NCBI GenBank assembly: GCA_051294375.1
Contig: CM119264.1
Span: 23,123,955 to 23,187,954 of the forward strand
Direction of reading: 5' to 3'
Source of the DNA: Paraspadella gotoi
Lineage: Eukaryota > Animalia > Chaetognatha
Length of the DNA stretch: 64,000 nucleotides
How positions within the stretch are numbered: position 1 is the stretch's first letter; every line of letters starts with the position of its first letter. Position numbers and translations under genes: made by a program. The notes under the pieces are model-generated. The model was not told the DNA's origin and ran no database searches. It saw only the letters and a program-made list of their open reading frames with translations. This document shows, in pieces, positions 48,201 through 62,500 of the stretch.

Positions 48201-49178
48201 TAAACATATATATATACCTCTCTCTTCTCTCTCACTCTCTCTTATTAGCACGAGCGATGTTTTGTTTTTTTTTTAAATCTGATTTATTCCCTCTTCGGCC
48301 GCCAAACAATAAACATTTTCGCCTCATAAATCAGAGTAAGCGACGATGTGGACGTTGTGAGTGATAGAAGTGATCAGCGGTGGGCCGATTTGTGAGTGGT
48401 GAAGGTGATCACTGATCAGCGGTGAGCGAAGTTGTAAGGAAAAACATGATCATTGGTGAGGCAAGAAGAGATAAGAGAAGATAGAGTCACTCCTCGGAAA
48501 ATCTACGAGTCTATTCAAAAAAAATTTTATTTATCCACCTTATGCGGAAAAATTTCAAAATTTCTTTAATTCAATAGTTTTTTATTATTCTTGGTCTTCG
48601 TTTTAGGATGCTTATTATTTTTTAGTATTTTCATGTCAAATATTTTTCCCCCAGCAAGTCTTCCCCTTCGTAAACTAAAGAGTTTTCCCATTTTCTTTCG
48701 GTTTTTCCTCTTTCGTATCATTTCGCCACAAAACCCACACTTACCTTCTTTTCTCCTTCATTCTTTTTCTTCCATCTTCATTTTCCTCATAAAAAAACTT
48801 GACCAATGCCAACCATACCCAACCTTACCTCTCTCCATCTCTCCACCATAAACTCACCTTTTTTTTTCGTTGTCTCTTCTTCCCTTCGCCGATTTCTCTC
48901 CGTTGGACTTCAACTGATGCTCTTTTATTTTTTTTCGTCGACTTTTCACCAAATTCGCCGTCGAAGTCGCGGGAGAGAGAATCGGCCGTCGAATGAGGAG
49001 GAGATAGAGACGGAGTCAATGACAGAGATGGAGACGACGACGGCGATGACGACGACGACTCCGGCGGACGGACCGTCTTCGATTTCTCCGGAAACTCCGT
49101 CGGCAATCGGCAATCGGCAATCGGCAATTGGCCAAGTCGTCGGTCGTGAATTCGTCAACGGCGATTAAGCAGCTTGTA

Positions 49179-49209
<31 letters not shown>

Positions 49210-49539
49210 NNNNNNNNNNTTCACATTCGTCGTCGTCGTTTTCGTTGTCGCTTTAGGAGTGGCTAGCTCTAGCTAAATTGTAAATAGAGAATTTAACGCC
49301 CATGTGTGCAACTGTAAGAGTGGTGTAACCTTGTAGCTTGGAAATCCGGAAATTTAAAAAAGTGAAAGAGACTTTGATGTAGTATGAAGCTGATTTTTGT
49401 GTCTTCACGCAGAGAAATGAGTGATAAAAGTCATTCGAGTTCAACTAAAACTCGTTTCTTGCTCTTATTAAAGGATCGGTCGTTGCAATGGAAAAAAAAT
49501 TTAATACGTAACAACAACGAACCCGAAGCGAAAAACGGA

Positions 49540-50218
49540 ACAAAGATGGCGTGACCGCGTCGCTGCGTCAAAGATGGCGTGACGATCGATTCGAAGAACT
49601 TCCGCGTTTCCCGCCACGACAGGGATGAGGGGTGTTATATGCCTGGCAGTGAATGTAGTCGATTAGCTTGTTAAGCAGTGAAAAACCTTAATGTTATTGT
49701 CAATAATAACGTCATAGTTAAAAACGAAACGACGAAAAAATTTGTTTCCGACCTTGAAATTTAATAATATTTTAACACATTACGCACAAAGCAATGAGAC
49801 GTGTGCGCAATGAGGCAAGCTTACATTGCAACAAGCACATAAAGCCGGAGATAGGAAAAATCCTTTTTTCCCTCTTCATGATTTTTTTCTTTCTTTCTCC
49901 TTCGAGCGACTTCGCCTTTTGTTAAAAGAAAAAAAGGAAAGAATCGAAAATCGAAACAGAAAAGTTTCGAGGCGAAAAAGAAATGAAATGTATGATGTAT
50001 GTAATAATACAAAAAAAAATGTTTTTTCCTTTGCTTGGAAAAAGCTGACCCGCCTAAATCTCGTTTTATGCCATAAAATGAGATTTATGCGGATCAGCTT
50101 TACTTTATCATAATATATGCACTTTATGCAATTTTCTTTAGTATTGCTATATGCAATTTATTATTTATTATGCAAGTTAGCAGGTTTGATATTTGTTTCA
50201 GATCCTGTACATTTTTTT

Positions 50219-50289
<71 letters not shown>

Positions 50290-50625
50290 CTTAATCGATC
50301 GTCACCCGGGGCTTCTTGACGACTCGTCAAGCCCCCTACTTTCCTGAACAAAAAGACAAAAGAGCAAAAACTTAATCGAATGAATGAATTTGGCAAAAAA
50401 TGATAAAAATAATTAAATGTAATAAACGAGATAACAATTTTTCTCCCTCTTGTCTTTTCGTTTCTTGGCTCCATTCCCCGGAAAAATCAAAGCTGTCCAT
50501 TAGCGTCTCTCCCCCCTATTCAAGCCGGTTATTCCCGTCCAGTCAGCCAATCACCAAACTTTATTTAGTCAGGTCGACCAATCATAGATTCGTGGACGAA
50601 GACAAGACTCGTGATTGGTCAATCT
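49540..50625. promoter_or_regulatory. Candidate shared/bidirectional promoter region of the two channel genes
   Basis: Two AAGATGGCGTGAC (YY1-like) motifs at ~49543 and ~49571; three CCAAT boxes at ~50547, ~50578 and ~50614; minus-strand donor at 48857 and an acceptor directly before the channel A ATG imply a 5'UTR intron. Confidence 0.35.
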
Positions 50626-50700
50626 GTCCCGTTCGATCGAGGGCCACAACGCGGAAATTCCAAACGAGTGAGAGAGAGAGAGAGAGAAGAAAGAGAGTGA

Positions 50701-50807
<107 letters not shown>

Positions 50808-51080
50808 GAGAGAGAGAGAGAGAAAGAGAGAGAAGAAGAGAGAGAGAGAGAGAGAAGAGAAGAGAGAGAGAGAGAGAGAGAGGAGAAAGAATTAACAACT
50901 TGTCTCTGTCTCCATCTTCGTCGCTCTCGCGCCCGGACAATTCTTCGACCCCCAGTGCGGTCGGGCGACGAATCGCAAAGGGGGTTCAACTTTTTTTTCT
51001 TTCTCTCTCCGTCTCTCCCGTCTCCAACTCGCTCTCATTACTTCTCTCTCGCCACTCGCGCGCCCAACGTCGACCGGAAG

Positions 51081-54000
51081 ATGGCCCCGGGGTTCGGAAT
51101 CGGGACGGCGGCGCTGGTGGCGCTCGTGGCGTTGATGGCGCTGACGGCGAATGTCGACGCCGTGGAGCTCAGCAAATCTCTCAACGCGATGTCCAGGGTG
51201 AGGCGACTGCGGGGGGGGGGTTGCTGCTGGGTTTGGGTGAGGATCTATAATGAGGGAAGGTTTAAAATATTACAGTGGCGATTTTTAAATCCTTTATTTT
51301 TTTATCTTTGAAAACGCGCTTATGTAAAAGTTAAGAAGATAAATGAAGCACATCTGTTCTTATGAAAATTTGCAAATTACTTGTTTCACTATTTTCTATT
51401 TTTCTATTTTAATATTTTAATAGTTTTATGAAGGATTTAGTATTTAATCTATATTATTTAATCAAACATATATTGCTTTCTTTTTTAAAAATGTTTTATT
51501 TATCTAATAATACAATTTGGGAAGGGGAAGTCAGTGTTGTCTTCTGGAAATAGAGGGAGCATCTATACAACTCTATATAACTCTTAAATTACGATACTTA
51601 CGAACTAACTGAAGCTTGAGTGACAACTTTTTATCTCAGAATTACGACAAAAGAACGCGTCCTCACTCTAGGGGCGCGCCGGTCCACATCAAAGTCGGCG
51701 TCTTTATCGGTGAGGCCTTCTCGTCACGTTTGATTAATTAGGATAAATGATTTACTTGGGGTCCTATTTCAAAATTAAAATAAACACCTGACCCCTGACC
51801 CCTGACCACTGACCCCCTGATCAGACCCCATAGACCTCTGCCTTTTTGAGACTACGACTCTCTTTAAATCTCATCACCCTTATGCGACCCTTCAGAGCGA
51901 ATGGATGCCGACGATAAGACTATGGGAACGTCAGTGACGACTTACCTGCGGATGGCGTGGAGGGACGAGCGCCTCGCCAACTCGGGTCAGGATCTCATCG
52001 TCCTCACGAACGAGGACACGGGTGAGTTTTCCAATGACGACAGTTTTCTGCGCCTTGTCGTTTTGAGAAGGGATTTCTCAATAATATCTGAATAATATTT
52101 AAATCGGTCAAATTTTTTTTTTACTTAGGATATATTTTTTTTAATTTATTTTTTGTGTTTTCTCTGTCAATTCGTTGCATTTAAATTGATTAAAACAACG
52201 ATTTTTATTATTTCTTTTATTATATTTATTTTTACATTATTTATATAAATCGTTGTTTGTTTGGCGTTCTATTAATTTTGTAAACTTTTTGAATTCTACA
52301 TTTTTTTTCTCAAAAAATCTCAATTTATTCTTACTTTACTTTTCGATTGATCCGTTTTTTTTTCCTCATGCTTTTTTTTCAAATCCTCTCTTTTTTAATT
52401 TGATCTTTTTGAACTTTGAAATTCTTTAAATTCCCTTCGTCCACCTGGAGTCCAGTTTCGCCGAAACTTTTTTCCCCCTCAATTCGAATCATCCTTTTTT
52501 CTACTTTACATTTTTTCCCCTTCAAATTCTTAACCTTTCGCCCCTTCAAACAATTTTTCACCTTGTTATTTTAAAAATCTATAGCCGATGCCATTTTTTT
52601 ATATTGTAACCGATATAAGTTTCTTAGTTTCTATTTTATTCTACTTGATGAATAATTTTTTTTTCATTTTTGTCTAAACGTTAGCCCATTATTTCTTATA
52701 ACATTTCACAGATCCGTTCTGGAAACCGGATTATTATTTCTCCAACGAGAAGCGAACTTACGGAATGAAGGCAAAAGCTGCGGACAGGTCATTATCCACT
52801 AATTTCCCCCATAAGCTCATTTTTTCACTTCCCTCCCCGATTGCAAAACCTTATACCACCATCACAATCACAGGTACATGCGTATCATGAACAACGGTGA
52901 CGTTTTCTACTCGGAGCGAATCACGCTCGATCTCACCTGCTTCATGAAGTTCAACAAACTTCCCTTCGACGAACAGAGATGCGAAATGCAGGTAAGTTCA
53001 GGAGCGATCGGATCAGGTTTAGTCACTTCATTCTCTTAAATTTGGTATAGTTAATTTTCTTGACGCAGTAGGAACCTACCTTTTTGAGTATCAATTTACG
53101 GTCGAAAGGTAAAAGAAAAAAAAAAGAACAACCGAATAAAATTAATTAAATTAAACATAGTATTTCAAAATATAGCAAAAAATGATCGAATCCTTTCACA
53201 GATCGAGTCTTACGGTCACACGACGAAAGACATCAGCTTCGAATGGATGGACAACGCCGTCGACATCTCAGAGTACAACTTCCTCAAGATCTATCATTTG
53301 AGAGGGAAAGCCAAGCATACCCAGTGTGACCAGGTGGAATGATATTCAAATCAATCAATCGAATTGATCGATCAAAAGACAGTCAATCTATAAATCTATC
53401 AATTAATATAGATAATTTATCCATTTAATGCTTTATTTTTTTTAATATAATCAAAACTCTGGCAGACCTACGTGACGGGAACGTTCACCTGCCTGAAGGC
53501 GGAGTTCATCATGACCCGCGACGTGGGCGGCTTCTACATGAACCTCATCTACATCCCCACACTCTTCCTCGTCATCCTCTCCTTCCTCGCGATGTACTAC
53601 GGGAAGGAACACGTCGCCGCCAGAGTCGGGACGGGTAAGTCAATTGAGTAAGGTGGGGGTGGCGAACGACGGGATTAAAGCGTTGTATCGTTGATCGCAC
53701 ACCATCTAATATTATTTTTCAAGACCCATTTTATTTTTCATTTTATTTCAAATGCATCAGACGTTTTTCTTAGTGTGATAGAAATGACTCATAATAAGTG
53801 TGCCCGGTAGATTTTTACCGTCTGTTGCCTTGTGTTCGGGATCTTTTGAACCTGCTGGGAGAGACCATTTTGACAGGGACTTGAACCGGAACGTTTGAGC
53901 CTACTTTCGGTTACGACACCAGTAGTACTGTACTGTACTGTACTGGCAGTACAGTATTGATTTTGGATTAGCCAGTTCCAAAGGGCAGTGAAAAAAAATT

Positions 54001-55029
54001 CATGTCATCTCACAATGCTATCCAATTTCACTCCCTCTTTCCAACCGGTCGTCAATACATATCCAACCCACCCCCCCCCCCAGGCATCTTCTGTCTCCTC
54101 GGCGTCATCTTCGTCTACTCGGCCTCTCGCGACGTGGTGCCCCCCGTCTCCTACATCACGCCCCTCGACGCCTGGCTCATCATCTGCGGCCTCACGGCGC
54201 TTCTCCCGCTCGTCACTTTCGCCATCGTCAGCGTCATCGCCTCTGACGGCGGAAGTGAGAGATGGAGAGGGGAGCAGAGTGGGAAAGGGGGGAAATGGGA
54301 TAGAGAAGATAGGGGAAAGGGGAGGAAAGAGGATTGGGGAGGGAAAGGGATAAGGGAGGAGCGGAGATTGGAGAGAAGAAGGGAAAGGAGAGGGATGGGG
54401 GAGGAGAGGGATAAGGGACGAGAGGGGAAAAGGGAGAAGAAGGGAAAGGAAGGAGAGGGGATTGGGGGAGGAGAGGGGATAAGGGACGAGAGGGGAAAAG
54501 GGAGAAGAAGGGAAAAGGAAGGAGAGGGATTGGGATGAGGAGAGGAATAGGGGAGAAAGGAGAGGAAAGGGCAAGAGAGGGAGGGAAAACTCCTGAGAGG
54601 AAAGAGGAAATGGAGAGAGAGGGCGGGCGCGATGATTGGTTGGGAGGGGAAAGAGGTCAGGAAAGGAAGGGGTTTGAAGAGAAGACGCTGAGCAAGGCGA
54701 TTGGAGAGTGGGAAGAAAGAAGAAAATATTAAAGAGTAAAGAGAGAAAAGAAAACGCGTCTCTATAGTTTCGTCATAATTCTGTGACAATATTAAACAAT
54801 ATTAATGTTTTTCAAAAAAAACCATGAAAACTCGAAATTACAAAAACTATATTTTTCTCACGATGTTCTTTTGTCAATTTCAGAAACTCTGCCCGAGATT
54901 CGAATGAAGATTTATCGCGGGAAAGACCCGGCCGCTCTGGCGGACACGATCGACTACATCTGCAAAATGATCATCCTCGCTTTCTTCGTTACCTTTAATG
55001 TCCTTTACTGGCTTAGCTTTGGACAATGA
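51081..55029 (+). CDS. Cys-loop ligand-gated ion channel subunit B (GlyR/GluCl-type), 374 aa; exons 51081-51197, 51640-51709, 51896-52021, 52712-52787, 52874-52991, 53202-53333, 53466-53634, 54084-54254, 54884-55029
   Basis: Signal peptide MAPGFGIGTAALVALVALMALTANVDA; NYDKRTRP; YLRMAWRDERL; FWKPDYYFSNEK; Cys-loop CFMKFNKLPFDEQRC; IESYGHTTKD; loop C CDQTYVTGTFTC; M4 IDYICKMIILAFFVTFNVLYW. The exons total 1,125 nt in frame; AATAAA at 55142. Confidence 0.95.
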
Positions 55030-57495
55030 CGCGTCGTTAGGCTTAGCTTTAGACAATAATTAATTCAATAATCTCTATGGAGCTGAATATTTTACATTTT
55101 TTATTCTAAATATCGTGTCATAAACTTCTCTTAACGATATGAATAAAAAACGTGAATTTGTTTGCATCCAAAGATGAATCTCATCTCATTTCATGAATCT
55201 TTCTCCCTCTTTCATCTCTCACCCTTTCTCCCCCCTGCCCCATCCCATGGTTGTTGTCCTTTTTCTCGCCCTGAAAAATTAAACTACCGCATTTAGAACA
55301 TCTATAACAAAAACTGGAACAACGGAATTGACATGGCATCAAAGATTTTTCTTTAATAATTCTTTTTTTCTCATTTTTAATAAATTTTTTTTTCTATCTC
55401 TTTTCCTCTATCATCTTTTTACTCGGATTTTAATGGTAAATTTGCATGTGAATTCTTCAAGGGGGAAATGAGCTTTTTTTTTGTATTAGAATATTTTCGA
55501 TATTATTTTCAATATTTTCGCTCGTTTTTATTGTTTCTTGTATTGCTAATGAAAAAAAGCGCTCCGTTACATCTCGAGCAAGAATATTTGAAGCAAGATT
55601 CTATGAGAAATTCGCCCGAACAATACAACTCATTGCAAAATTCTTTGTATTTAATACATTTGTTCTTGTGCTTTCATATTTTATTCGTTATGCTTGACAC
55701 AATAGTTTTGCCTCGTGACTTCGTCGTACAAAATATTCTTTTTCTTTGGTTTATCGATACTTTTTATGTCATAACTTGTACTAAACAATAATGTTGATGA
55801 GCTTCTTTAATATCAAATACAGACATTTGTGCTTGAAATGCGTTGTTACCCTCAACAAGTATGGAAACTGACTTCATATTGTAAACAAATAAAAAAAAAG
55901 AAAGATAGAGAGAGAGGGAAGAGATTTTTTTAAATGAAGTGTAGTTGTCAAAGTCCCAGGAAAAGAGGGAAAACCTCAAAGAAAGCGAATTCTTTAAGTC
56001 AGGCAATGGACCGAAGGACCGAGAGACTTTGAAACATGACAAGACAGGAGTTAATGACAAAAACGCCAAAAACGACCAAAAAAAAGAACAAAAACTGAAG
56101 GGTAAAAGTTTTAAAGAGACAAATAAGATTTCTTCCCGAGGGCGTTTTCATTTTTTTAGCTGCGTCAAGCGACTCAGAAGAATGTCTTAATAAATTTTTT
56201 AAAAGATTCTTGGTGAAATTTTTTTAGCTATATAGTATTTTAGTAATTTGCTTTTTCGTTATAACTTTTGTCAGTATAAAAATTACTGTAGTCAATTTGG
56301 TTATAAAATTTCCATTTATTTATATAAAATTTATTCTTTCAAGAAAATTGCAACTAAGCTTTATAATTCAGATAATATGAGGCAAAATTAGAGACGATAA
56401 AAAACAAACTAAGCAAACAAAGAGCTAGGTATTCATTGATATCGACGCAAGATGGCTTTTTTTAAGACTACTTAAGTTTTCCTATTTGCTTCTAAACCTG
56501 CACGAAAAGAACAGGTAAATGAAACTCGGGTTTCCACGAGCGTTGATATAATCAGTTTTCCTTTCTTTTCATTTGATGATGTTTTTCTTCCTTGTTTTTC
56601 GTCCTTCATTTAAGTCAGGCAAATGAAATGTTTCCCCACCCCTTAGCTGTCATTAAAAAGCAAGATATTCGATTCTATGAATAAAGAATACAATCTTAAA
56701 AGAAAATATAAACAACCCATTTATAAGACAAACAAACAATAAAAATATTGCGCTTATATTTTATCGTAGCGAAGTCAGATTCTACTCGTTTCTTTCCTTC
56801 TGTACAACATTCCCCCCCTCCCCCCGATTACTATTCTCAATTTCAATACCCTTACCCGCTTAAATTCCTTTTATATCGATTCTGATACCCGATTTTCCGA
56901 TTCCAAGCCTCGATTCCAATCTGGCGATTGCATACCCGTTCTCCGGTTTTCCCTTATTCGGCGAAATCAAAATCTTCTTTCGATTTCTTTTCTTTGTCTC
57001 ATAATTTTCTCAACCTTTGAACCTCGAATCTTCATTCCTCCAATGGAATGACTTTCAAACTTAAGACTTTTTCAAATCCACTTTTTTCCCGCGTTTTTCT
57101 TTTTAGTTCCTTTATTTCCTCTATCGGCTATCCAGTATCCAGTATGCAGTATCCAGTATCCAGTATCCACCTATCGATACGTATCTTTTCATTTATTTTT
57201 CTTACGATATTTTCTTTTTATTATATTCTATTTTTGTAACCTTCTTTGCCGCCGGATCGTATTTCTTCATAACTTCATGACTTCTTTTTTTTTCTTTGTA
57301 ACTCCCACCCAATACCTTACGCAATCTACGGGAACTTCTCGATTACGTTATCCACGAATTGTTTGGCCCGAATTCGAATCCCATGGGAAATTTGACCCAA
57401 AAAATAAAATTTGTTTCGGAAAGATACTAATTCATTTCTTCGTTTATTAATGTTATTTAAAAACCTGAAAATAAAAGTCGTTTGCGCTTCCATTT

Positions 57496-57730
57496 TGAAG
57501 AGACAGTAATTATTGATAAGTGTTAATGACAGAACCGTTCAATATAAGCAGTCCCTGAGCTTCGGATCAGGCTGTAACACCGAGTTACAGGCGGTTTAAG
57601 CGCCCCGTCCCTCTTAACTGCCAGACGACCACCGGGCTAGAACCCCGGACCTTTGGGTTGGGAGGCGAATGACTTGCCTCCGGCACCAATGGCCGCTGAT
57701 GAACGGTTGGTGGATTTTAGTCCACCATAA
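57496..57730 (-). mobile_element. 235-bp interspersed repeat, copy 1 (tRNA-derived SINE-like core with subterminal inverted repeats and terminal hairpin)
   Basis: Near-identical inverted copy at 63130-63364; tRNA-like head with A box TGGTGCCGGAGG, TTCGCCTCCCAAC and B box GGTTCTAGCCC on the minus strand. Confidence 0.85.
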
Positions 57731-58440
57731 TTTCAATCAATTAGGTCGTTAATGTTTATCGTTTTTATGACAGAAAAAAGAAAAGAAATTAGCTACGCAC
57801 CTGTTGCGGATTTGGAAGGTCCTTAATTCATCTCAGTTTATCTCAGTCCACCACTTGACTGATGCTGCGTCGCCAAAGATTAGTTAATTTATAGAATTAC
57901 TTTTCAAATATCAATTAATGTTTTTAATGAAGGTAGAACCTTCGCCGCCGTAATTTCAAAAGGAAATTTCGAGTCGCTTTGAGGATAATCACTCAAATCG
58001 TATCTCGAAGCAAAGACTCTATTTTCCGATCGATCAATCGAGAAGCGCAATTTCTTCTCGAGTAACACGAATTAAAAGCGGGTCACACGAACTCCCATAT
58101 ATTCTTTGTATCTCTCTCTCTCCCTGTCTCTCTCTTTCTCCCACATTTTGTCTCTGTCTCTGTCTCAACGACGATGACACAGATTTCGTGCCTCGATCCT
58201 TTATTTTTCCAAATGAAAAGCGTCAAATTTATTTCCTTTCCTCTTCCTCTTTCCTCGACTTCTCGCCCAACTCAGTCGTCCTAATTCCATTGTCGCCCAA
58301 TTTTAGATTTCCCCTCTCTTTTCTATATCTCCTCTCTTTTCTATATCTCCTCTCTTTTCTAAATCTCCTCCCTTTTCTCAATCTTTTTTCTTCTCTAAAT
58401 CTCATCTCTCTTCTCTAAATATTTATCTTTTCTCGTTAAA

Positions 58441-58567
58441 AATTAAAAAATTTTAAAAAATTTAAAATTTAAAAATTTAAAAATTTAAAAATTTTAAATT
58501 TAAAAATTTAAAAATTTAAAAATTTAAAAATTTAAAAATTTAAAAATTTAAAAATTTAAAAATTTAA
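58441..58567. repeat. (AAAAATTT)n 8-bp tandem repeat
   Basis: Directly visible, ~15 units. Confidence 0.9.
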
Positions 58568-58640
58568 TTTTTAGAACATTATCTTTTCGGCTATTGTTTT
58601 TTGTACCTCCTTTAAATATATGTATGTTATATTGTAAAAA

Positions 58641-58688
<48 letters not shown>

Positions 58689-59545
58689 CTCGCTCTCCAA
58701 GTCTTGGGACTTTCTCTATCTTCCAAATCATGTCCCAGGAAAAAAAAATACTCGAACCCGTTTTCGCCAACAGAAATCCATCATAGTATCTATCATGTTG
58801 GCAAAAAAAATATGACATCCAAACGTTTTTTATTGCTTTTTTTTTTTCATTCTCAATGACGAAAAAACGAAAGACTAAAGTCTCACGTATCTTTTATCAA
58901 TTATAATATGCTTTTTTTTTTACGTTTTTTTAACGTAATCAGAACATGATAACCGACATACGGTAAAAGAAAAGCGCATAAAAAAGACAAGCCCTTTTTG
59001 ACCGTATTAAAGGAAATATACATCTCGTTTAAATTTAACAATTTAATTTCTAAATCTTCGATTAAGTAAATAAATATTATTTATAATAATTCTAAATGAT
59101 AATTATTAATTAAATATTCCTTGATTTGATTTTTAGTATTATCGATTCCACGCCAGCTCGTCTCCTTTTTCCTCACCCAAAATTTGGGCGACGAAAATTA
59201 CCCCGCGAAACTTGACTCGTCTTCGCCCTGATTCGGAAAATGGGCTCCCGGAATTGTGGGACTCGAGAGAGAATCCCGTCGCTGACGTCACCTTGAAGAT
59301 ATCCACCTATGCGCGTGAGTAAAATCGACGACAACTCTTGAATTCTTAATTTTTCAAAAACCAACCCTACGACTTTGGAAATGTATTTAATCGCTTTAAA
59401 GAAATAGTTGATTCAAGTGAATAGATTAGATTAATTAAAATTAATTAATTAAAATCCCTCTCGTTTCGTGAAAAAAAAATGTGAAGGTCGTTGTCACCAA
59501 TTCCCCTTTAAACCCTCTCACCCCTCAGGCGCGCCGATTTCCAGC

Positions 59546-62500
59546 ATGCCTCACCTGCCTATCCTCACCCGCTCACCGGCGCCGCCACCATCTCACCACA
59601 AACTCAGCCACAAAAACCCACCACACAAGCGACCACACAATGCCGACGACGTCAACAACGACGGTATCAATGCCAATAATTCTCAAACGACGAAAATTCT
59701 CCGCGCCAAAATCAGCGTCAACGCCAACGGCGGAGATGCAGCTCGCAGCAGCGCCAAGGCCACGCCCTTCTCTGGACCGGAGGATGAAATGAGGGATCTG
59801 TCCTCGGTTCTGCCCGAATCTGATGGAATCCCGTGGGACCCAAAGAACAAGTGAATGAATGCATGCATGCTGCCGCCACAACGAAGGAAGTTGGCGTGGT
59901 TTTTTACGGGTGAAATAGGAGTTTTATTGATATACGAACACGGGATGATGATAATTCATTTACGAATTAAGTAGATTATGCAGATAAAAGGCAGGCAATA
60001 AAGATGATAACAAATAGTCCATAAGGAGCTTGATGTTAGTTTCTTGAAGGTAATTTGAAGAGTGATCTCGTTCCCTCTCTGATTGGTCAATCAGAAGAAA
60101 AGACGGAGAAGCCAAGAGAGGCAAGCTACTTGATAATCAATTCCCTGATATTAAATAAATGAATTGAACAAAAATTACGCCAAATTTCACTGAGCAAATG
60201 AAATTTTATTCCAAAAATACATCACATTATGAAATTACCCTATGACAAAGAACAAGGCTGACTGTAGTCAGTAGGTCCGTAGGTCAGTAAATATTGTATT
60301 GTTATCAGGTTTTTTCAGAAAAAAAAAATTAAAATTTGTTCATAAAACTATAACAAAATTTTTGAGACCAAACGTTTTCAATCTTAAAACTGATAATTAA
60401 AAGAATTAAAATTTCCTCGATTCACTTCGTTGATATTCTATGTGGAAGATAATCGTTTACGTTGTATTTTTTCAACCATAAGTATCAGGAAGGTTGAATC
60501 GAATTATATGTTGCGCATGCTGCGTTAGATTCTCATTGATAAACCCCCCAAAGCAAAATACCCGTTTGATACGGTTCTCCTTTGTTTCACTGACCACACG
60601 GTGACAGACCAGTCCTCCATCGCCGCAGAAGTCAGAAGGCAAATCCTCGATTTGCGTGAAATTCGAATTCGTTGAGTCGTAGACGAAAACCTCTTTGGAA
60701 AGACCGAGCGGAGTTTGACCGCCGACCAAGAGGAATTGAGAGGAAGAAATTGGGCTGAAGTTGTGGTAGCGAATTCCGGCGGAAAGACCGAACGCCAGCG
60801 ATGACCAGCTTCTGGTTTCCATGTTCAGCTCGAAGAAATCATCCAGACACGTTTCGTCATCGCAACTTCCACCATGAATGAAGACCTTTTCTTCCAATTG
60901 GGCGGCGGCGTAACTGGCTCGAGGAGAAGGAGGGCGACCCTTTGTGGGAACGAGAGAGAAGACATTCTGTTCAGGATCGAATTGAATCAACTGATTGTTG
61001 TAAAACGTTGCCGGAAGAGACGTTCTCTGGACCCAGTCACCCCCGATTCCTTTTTCACCGGCTCCACCGAAAAAGTAAAGCTTTCCCTTGAAACTCCATC
61101 CCCGAAAGGCCTCTCTCGGGGAAGGAGCATCGCTGTTCGGAGAAAGTCGCTGAAACTCTCCGGTAATGGTCAAGGAATAGATTTCGTTTGTTCGTTGGTT
61201 TGTGCCCACGCTTCCGCCGAAGAGATAGGCCTTTCCATTCAATGCCGCAAAGGCGGCGTCTCCTGCTCCCTGAGGAATGTCTCCCGTGGCCTCAATTACC
61301 TTCCATTTGAAAGACTCCACTAAGAGGATAAAGACGATGTCACTGGGCAAAAACTTACACACCCCTGCCCTACTGCCCGGTTGGACTTGCCCTCCGCCCC
61401 AGAACAGGATTTGCCCATCGATCTCGATGGCAACAAAGTCTGCACCGATGAAAAACCTATCTGCCGTCGACCACGTGGGACAGTATTGGGGAAAACTTGA
61501 AGAATCATATTGGAAACAAGGACGAGCAAGGACGAGTTCAGTCTGGATTTGTTCTGGACCTATACCGTCATTCTCTCTCGAAACTATAGGATGTCCGGAT
61601 TTTATTTGGGCCTGTTGATCGTCTGATAGAGCTGTTACGGATAGTGTTTGAGGTCGTTGTCCTGGTCTTGGAGAAGGGGTGTAGACAGCTTGGACCAAAA
61701 AGGCTTGCCCATGATCATCCCACAAAACCATGGGAAGCAAGTTTGGGGAATCCGGTTTAGCTGAAAGTAAAAGTTTTAAAAGAAATCAAGATTGGAAATG
61801 TGAAAGGACTATGAAACAATATAATCAAACATAGGCATATTGCTAAACAGAAACACTTACCTTCAAATTCTGTTGCATCAAATTCTTGTTGAGATTTTAA
61901 TTGAGGCCTGGTGACTGCTTTCTTTTTCTTTTTGTCTTCATCTTCGTCATTTTCAAAGGAATCGGCAAGATTTTCGACATCGCGCGCGAGTTTTTTTAAG
62001 GCTACTTTCAACTTTGTGTTCTGAGTCTCATCAAATGTGACTTTTTTCCTCAGATTCATCCAATCCAGCCATTGATCTTGGAGAAGGGTATAGTCCTTAA
62101 ACATTTTCTGGATGACATCACTCTTGAGGATGTTGAAGCTTTCCTCAAACTCCTCATCATTGAGTCCCAGACCACCTTGGTGAGCGACTCTGTTTCTTAT
62201 TGATTTCAGCTTTTGACTGGCTTCTTTCACATGCGACTTATCGACTTTTTTGATGATGACGTGATCGAAAAGTTGCACATCACACTTTTCGAAGATGGGA
62301 ATGTATTTTCCGTCCACGTATTCCGACAATTCCATTTGTTGTTTAAAGCATCTGTAGTTCTTGATGGCATCATAGTTCTCCTGGCACCACTGTTTCCATA
62401 ATTGTCCCTCGTTCCAGTCTAATTTTGTTTTCTCTGGGAGGTAGGCTCGGAAGAATGATCTGTACATATGGGGTCCGTCAAATAGAACGGCCCCGCTAAA

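Noticed and set aside
53860-53950. B-box-like GGTTCAAGTCCC (minus strand) next to (GTACT)n; similar isolated B-box at ~19410
   Set aside because: Too degenerate to call a tRNA or SINE without a second copy.
57696-57740. Hammerhead ribozyme at CTGATGA in the 235-bp repeat
   Set aside because: The following hairpin is not followed by GAAA, and stems I/III are not evident.
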